DNA from: Chloroflexota bacterium
Lineage (GTDB): Bacteria; Chloroflexota; Dehalococcoidia; Lucifugimonadales; GCA-002723415
Assembly: GCA_002723415.1 (NCBI GenBank)
Contig: PBOA01000009.1
Location: 23,258-87,257 of the forward strand
Length of the DNA stretch: 64,000 nt
Direction: 5' to 3'
The position numbers and the translations under genes are program-made. The notes beneath the pieces were generated by a model. That model saw only the letters and a list, made by a program, of their open reading frames with translations. It was not told the origin of the DNA and did not search any database. Below are positions 59,465-64,000 of the stretch, one piece after another; position 1 is the first letter of the stretch; every line of letters starts with the position of its first letter.

Positions 59465-61318
59465 ATGGGTGTTAATTTAGCTTATTTCCCTCCGGTTATA
59501 TGTGGTATTAGCTTTATATTGACGGTTTTTTTTACTCGTAAAGCGCCGCTAATAAGTTCTTTAATATCAGTTTTTGCAATATTAAGTTCATTTATTTTAT
59601 TTATTTTTATATTAATTGACTTTTTGTCACCTAATTTAAATTCGATTGACTTTTCTATTGATTGGATTGATGTTTTAGACACGAGAATATCATGGGGTAT
59701 TTTACTTGATAGCTTGTCAGTTACTATGCTTGGTTTAATAACTTTAGTAGCCTTATTAGTTCAAGTATATTCCATTAGCTATATGAAGGGTGATTCTAGG
59801 TTCGGCTGGTATTTTTCAGTGCATAGTTTGTTTGCTGCAGCAATGATTGCAGTTGTTTTAGTAGACAACCTGCTTTTAATGTATTTTGCATGGGAATTAG
59901 TCGGATTAGGTTCATATTTATTAATAGGGTTTTGGTATGAAAAAAGAGCTGCATCTGAAGCGGCTAAAAAGGCCTTTATTACGACTAGAATTGGTGATGT
60001 TGCTTTATTAATAGGGATAATTTTAATTTTTAAATCTACTGGCACATTTAATATTTCTTCTATATTTCATATTGCTAACAATGGAGGAATAAATGAAAAT
60101 ATTTTAACAATATCTACCTTTTTGATATTCTTAGGAGCTATGGGTAAATCTGCTCAATTTCCTTTTCATGTTTGGTTGCCTGATGCAATGGAAGGGCCTA
60201 CTCCTGTTAGCGCTTTAATTCATGCAGCGACTATGGTGGCAGCTGGAGTTTATCTTGTAGCTAGAATGATGCCTTTATTTTCATTAGCTCCATATGTTTT
60301 AGACTTTGTTGTATTTATTGGTTTATTTACTTTTATATTTGGGGGAACCATGGCTATTGTTATGCATGATATTAAGCGTGTTTTAGCTTATTCAACAATT
60401 AGTCATTTAGGATTAATGATGTTGTCTTTAGGTTTTATGGGAATAGCTTCGGCTATTTTTCATCTTATAGTTCATGGGGTTTCCAAAGCTTTATTATTTT
60501 TAGGTGCAGGGTCTTTAATGCATGAAATGGAAGGAGAAACAGATATAAGGAATATGGGCGGGTTGGTTAATAAAATGCCAATTACAGCAATTACATTTAT
60601 TATAGGCTCTGTTTCTTTAGCAGGCATAATTCCATTGAGTGGATTTTTCAGTAAAGATGAAATCCTTTTGACAGTATTTGAAAAAGGTGGAATTTTGATT
60701 TTGTTCCTTACATTAATAGGTGCCTTTTTAAGTTCTTTATATATGTTTAGGTTAACTTTTATTACTTTTTTTGGTTCTTTAAAAAGTGATAATTCTAAAA
60801 TTGGAGAATCTCCAATTTTAATGACTTTGCCGTTAATATTATTAGCTTTACTTGCTATTTTTATGAGTGCATTATTATTAGAAATTTCAACTTTTAAAGG
60901 GTTTATATTTTTTATTTCTGGGTATAAAGCGCATTTAAATTTATTATTAATAGTTTTTTCTAGTATTTTGTCATTTGTAGCTTTAATATTAGCATGGTTT
61001 ATTTATATTAAGGATTCAAAATATTTAACTGATTGGTTTAAGTTAAATATGAACTGTTTTTATAAGCTACTTCTCAATAAATACTATATTGATGAATTAT
61101 ATCAGTATGTTATTAATCAAATAGTATTAAGGTTTGCTCAATTTATTGCTTTGTTTGACAGGCTAGTTGTTAACGATATAGGAGTAGATAAAAGCTCTTT
61201 ATCAGTAAAATCTTTAGGTTTAAAGCTTAAATTTATTCAAACAGGCAAAATGCATGGGTATGCTATAAGCATGGTTATTGGATTTTTAATTTTAATTTTT
61301 ACATGGGCAATTTTGTGA
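59465..61318 (+). CDS. nuoL: Complex I subunit L
   Basis: WELVG, RIGD, KSAQFP, WLPDAMEGPTP, AYST. Confidence 0.96.
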   Translation: MGVNLAYFPPVICGISFILTVFFTRKAPLISSLISVFAILSSFILFIFILIDFLSPNLNSIDFSIDWIDVLDTRISWGILLDSLSVTMLGLITLVALLVQVYSISYMKGDSRFGWYFSVHSLFAAAMIAVVLVDNLLLMYFAWELVGLGSYLLIGFWYEKRAASEAAKKAFITTRIGDVALLIGIILIFKSTGTFNISSIFHIANNGGINENILTISTFLIFLGAMGKSAQFPFHVWLPDAMEGPTPVSALIHAATMVAAGVYLVARMMPLFSLAPYVLDFVVFIGLFTFIFGGTMAIVMHDIKRVLAYSTISHLGLMMLSLGFMGIASAIFHLIVHGVSKALLFLGAGSLMHEMEGETDIRNMGGLVNKMPITAITFIIGSVSLAGIIPLSGFFSKDEILLTVFEKGGILILFLTLIGAFLSSLYMFRLTFITFFGSLKSDNSKIGESPILMTLPLILLALLAIFMSALLLEISTFKGFIFFISGYKAHLNLLLIVFSSILSFVALILAWFIYIKDSKYLTDWFKLNMNCFYKLLLNKYYIDELYQYVINQIVLRFAQFIALFDRLVVNDIGVDKSSLSVKSLGLKLKFIQTGKMHGYAISMVIGFLILIFTWAIL

Positions 61319-61331
61319 TCGGTAATTTACA

Positions 61332-62879
61332 ATGGATTTAATTAAAGAAAATATTTTAATATTAACAATTTTGTTGCCGCTGATAGGAGCATCTTTAATT
61401 TTTATTACTCCAGGGCATTTGAATAATATAATCAAATACATTTCATTAGTAGTGTCATTTATTACTTTCATAATTGTTATATTAATTTTTATTTTTTATG
61501 ACATTAATTCAGGAGGCGTGCAGCTATTATGGAATTGGAATTGGTTAAGCCTTAAAGGTGCCTGGCCCCTAGGTAGTGAAGGAATAAGTTTAAATTTAGG
61601 AGTAGACGGAATATCTGTAATGATGGTTTTGTTAACTGGTACTGTCATGTTGACCGGGGTCATGGCTTCATGGAATATACAAAGCCGAAATAAAGATTTC
61701 TTTGTTCTGTATTTTCTGTTGCTAGCTGGTGTCTTTGGTGTTTTTATATCTTATGATATGTTTTTCTTTTTCTTTTTCTATGAATTATCTGTAATGCCTA
61801 TGTTTTTACTTATTGGTTATTGGGGCAGTAGTAGTGATTTTCGTACTTTTATTAGAACTAAAGAATATGCAGCTATGAAGCTAACATTATTTTTAGTTGC
61901 TGGAAGTGTCTTGATTTGGGTTGCTATTATAGCAATATTTGTTCAGGCAGGATTAGGCACATTTAATTTATTGGAAATTCAAAAAGTTGTAGATGATAAG
62001 TTCCCATTATTTTTTCAACAAGTAAATTTTTTAATGATTATTATTGGATTTGGAATATTGGCTGGAATGTGGCCTTTTCATACTTGGTCTCCTGATGGTC
62101 ATGTAGCAGCTCCAACTTCAGTAAGTATGGTTCATGCTGGAGTTTTAATGAAGCTAGGTGCTTTTGGGATTATTAGAATTGGTATGGCATTACTTCCTGA
62201 AGGCGCTAATTCTTTGATGCCATTATTGATGATATTAGGCTGTGTAAACGTAATTTATGGTGCTTTTTCTGCACTTGGTCAAACTGATTTGAAATATGTT
62301 GTAGGTTATTCAAGTGTTAGCCATATGGGATATGTTTTGATGGGTTTAGCTAGTATGGAACATTTGGGTTTAACTGGAGCAGTTTATCAAATGTTTTCTC
62401 ATGGCATCATGACTGCTCTCTTTTTCTTAGCAGTAGGAGCGATTTATCACTCTATGCATACGAGAGATATCCTTATACTTAAAGGGATTATTAAAAAAAT
62501 GCCATATGCATCTATTTTCTTTGTTTTTGCAGGTTTAACATCTTTAGGATTGCCGGGTTTAAGTGGATTTGCTGCTGAAATATTGATTTTCTTAGGTGTT
62601 TTTAAATCTTATGGGTCTCTAGGAGTATTATTTGGATCTTTGGCTGTAGCAGGTGCAGGAATTACTGCGATATATATTTTGCGTTTGGTGTCTAAAGTAT
62701 TTTTTGGCCGGCCAGATCAAAATATAAATAATATTTTAGATACAACAAAATTTGAAAACATGGCTGGGATAATATTAGTTGTATTAATATTATTTGGAGG
62801 TCTATATCCATTGCCATTTATTGATATGATTACATCTGGTGTTACGCCAATATTGAATAATATTTTAGGTGCCTTATGA
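61332..62879 (+). CDS. nuoM: Complex I subunit M
   Basis: DGIS, FFYE, PFHTWSPD, LMKLG, YSSVSHMG, LPGLSGF. Confidence 0.95.
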   Translation: MDLIKENILILTILLPLIGASLIFITPGHLNNIIKYISLVVSFITFIIVILIFIFYDINSGGVQLLWNWNWLSLKGAWPLGSEGISLNLGVDGISVMMVLLTGTVMLTGVMASWNIQSRNKDFFVLYFLLLAGVFGVFISYDMFFFFFFYELSVMPMFLLIGYWGSSSDFRTFIRTKEYAAMKLTLFLVAGSVLIWVAIIAIFVQAGLGTFNLLEIQKVVDDKFPLFFQQVNFLMIIIGFGILAGMWPFHTWSPDGHVAAPTSVSMVHAGVLMKLGAFGIIRIGMALLPEGANSLMPLLMILGCVNVIYGAFSALGQTDLKYVVGYSSVSHMGYVLMGLASMEHLGLTGAVYQMFSHGIMTALFFLAVGAIYHSMHTRDILILKGIIKKMPYASIFFVFAGLTSLGLPGLSGFAAEILIFLGVFKSYGSLGVLFGSLAVAGAGITAIYILRLVSKVFFGRPDQNINNILDTTKFENMAGIILVVLILFGGLYPLPFIDMITSGVTPILNNILGAL

Positions 62880-64000
62880 CTATCAACTTAGACTTATTAA
62901 TACCTGAAATACTAGTAGGATCTTTAGCTTTTATAATACTTGGATTAGATTTGTTTCTTAAGTCTAAGTATAAAGAATATATTGCATATATAGCGGCTAC
63001 AGGATTAATTTTGGTTTTAATATTTTCAATTATACCTATTTGGAATACTAAGGCTAATATTTATGGAGATATTTTAGTTTTAGACGGTTATGCAATATTT
63101 TTTAAAGCCTTTTTCTTGACCTTTGGAGCAGTATTAATTTTGTCGTCTAAGAACTATGTAGGGAATAATTTTTCATATATAGCTGAATATTACAGTATAG
63201 TGATTTTTACTATATTAGCTATGATGTTTATGGTAAGTTCGGCTGAAATTCTTACAGCTTACATAAGTTTAGAGCTTTTAAGTTTTAGTTTATATGTTTT
63301 AGTTGCTTTTAATAGGTTTAATAATAGAGCTAATGAAGCATCTATTAAATATATATTGTTAGGTGCTTTTTCTTCGGCAATATTGTTATATGGTGTTAGT
63401 CAAATATATGGTCATCTTGGAACAACAAACCTAGTACAAATTCAACAAGCATTAAGTATGAATTCGGAAATGAGCCTTGGTTTGATAATTGGGTTCTCTA
63501 TGTTCATTGTAGGATTTTTGTTTAAAATAGGGATTGTTCCTTTTCATATGTGGGTTCCAGATGTATATGAAGGCTCTGCAACTCCTGTAACAGCATATTT
63601 AGCTGTACTTGTAAAAGTTGCTATAGTAGCATTATTTATTCGTGTTCTTGTTGTGGGGTTAATGCCCATTGCTCAAGATTGGCAACTTATTTTAATTGGA
63701 TTTTCAATTGTTACTATGGTTGTAGGAAATGTGGTAGCACTAATACAATCAAATATAAAAAGATTATTAGCTTATTCAAGTATTGGGCATGCTGGTTATA
63801 TTTTATTAGGCGTGGCTGCTATTGGAACCTTAGATCAAAAAGGTTTAATTTTAGTTGATTTTAGTAGGTTAATAGTTAATGGAATTATTTTACATTTGGT
63901 ATCTTATAGCTTAGCTAGTATAGCTATATTTTTATGCATAGATATAATTTTTGGAAATTCTGAAGAAGAACAAATTGATTCGATGAAAGGTTTGCATGAT
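62876..64000 (+). CDS. nuoN: Complex I subunit N (partial, runs off the window; absent from the ORF track)
   Basis: ATG 62876 overlaps the nuoM stop; my reading of this frame gives EASIKY, FKIGIVPFHMWVPDVYEG, KRLLAYSSIGHAGY. Confidence 0.93.
   Translation, partial: MTINLDLLIPEILVGSLAFIILGLDLFLKSKYKEYIAYIAATGLILVLIFSIIPIWNTKANIYGDILVLDGYAIFFKAFFLTFGAVLILSSKNYVGNNFSYIAEYYSIVIFTILAMMFMVSSAEILTAYISLELLSFSLYVLVAFNRFNNRANEASIKYILLGAFSSAILLYGVSQIYGHLGTTNLVQIQQALSMNSEMSLGLIIGFSMFIVGFLFKIGIVPFHMWVPDVYEGSATPVTAYLAVLVKVAIVALFIRVLVVGLMPIAQDWQLILIGFSIVTMVVGNVVALIQSNIKRLLAYSSIGHAGYILLGVAAIGTLDQKGLILVDFSRLIVNGIILHLVSYSLASIAIFLCIDIIFGNSEEEQIDSMKGLHD

Noticed and set aside
4107-59682. Many short antisense or overlapping ORFs in the track (e.g. 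4107-4325, 8361-8786, 23867-24250, 29087-29455, 53824-54225)
   Set aside because: All lie opposite or within well-supported genes and show no recognisable motifs; treated as shadow ORFs
1-64000. tRNA, rRNA, tmRNA, CRISPR arrays, IS elements, prophage
   Set aside because: No intergenic gap is long or structured enough and no transposase, integrase or repeat-spacer pattern was seen; this was a visual check only, so tRNAscan/Infernal would be needed to exclude small RNAs

Overview
AT-rich (roughly 30% GC by eye), densely packed bacterial chromosome segment made mostly of core genes. The dnaA-obgE-nadD order, an 11-subunit complex I operon without nuoEFG, and stand-alone enolase-superfamily and DapA-family paralogues point to Chloroflexota/Dehalococcoidia, probably marine SAR202-like (inference, no database search). 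Contents: pyrR-pyrB-pyrC-carA-carB with a PyrR-binding leader, followed by sbcC; a minus-strand run (CoA-transferase A/B, RTX-repeat lipoprotein, methyltransferase, pth, moaC, rnhA, moaA, rdgB, fba, fbp, His-phosphatase, pyrE, nadD, obgE); a predicted oriC between obgE and dnaA; suhB, rpsU, an SCO1664-kinase/DUF3090 pair, larB, a DapA-like aldolase, uvrA, a second IMPase and mazG; a lit-like gene, trpB and purF(interrupted)-purM-purH; GT2, a divergent nicotinate PRTase, tilS, CNNM, recA, rplY, an enolase-family enzyme, a thioredoxin-like lipoprotein, mfd, HAD, a PurM-like orphan; and nuoABCDHIJKLMN (nuoN truncated by the window end). No rRNA, tRNA, CRISPR array, transposase or integrase was recognised. 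Best leads: (1) an origin with a (TAA)6 DnaA-trio array and a repeated non-canonical NGTTGAYWW box, beside a DnaA whose recognition helix is altered (RSHSTVIK instead of RDHTTVLH); (2) two, possibly three, genes that appear to need AUA/AUU/AUC start codons; (3) a nicotinate-PRTase homologue with a remodelled base-binding pocket; (4) an uncharacterised PI3/4K-like kinase plus Zn-motif DUF3090 module; (5) a Lit-like lipoprotein transacylase outside Firmicutes; (6) a single in-frame TAA in purF.
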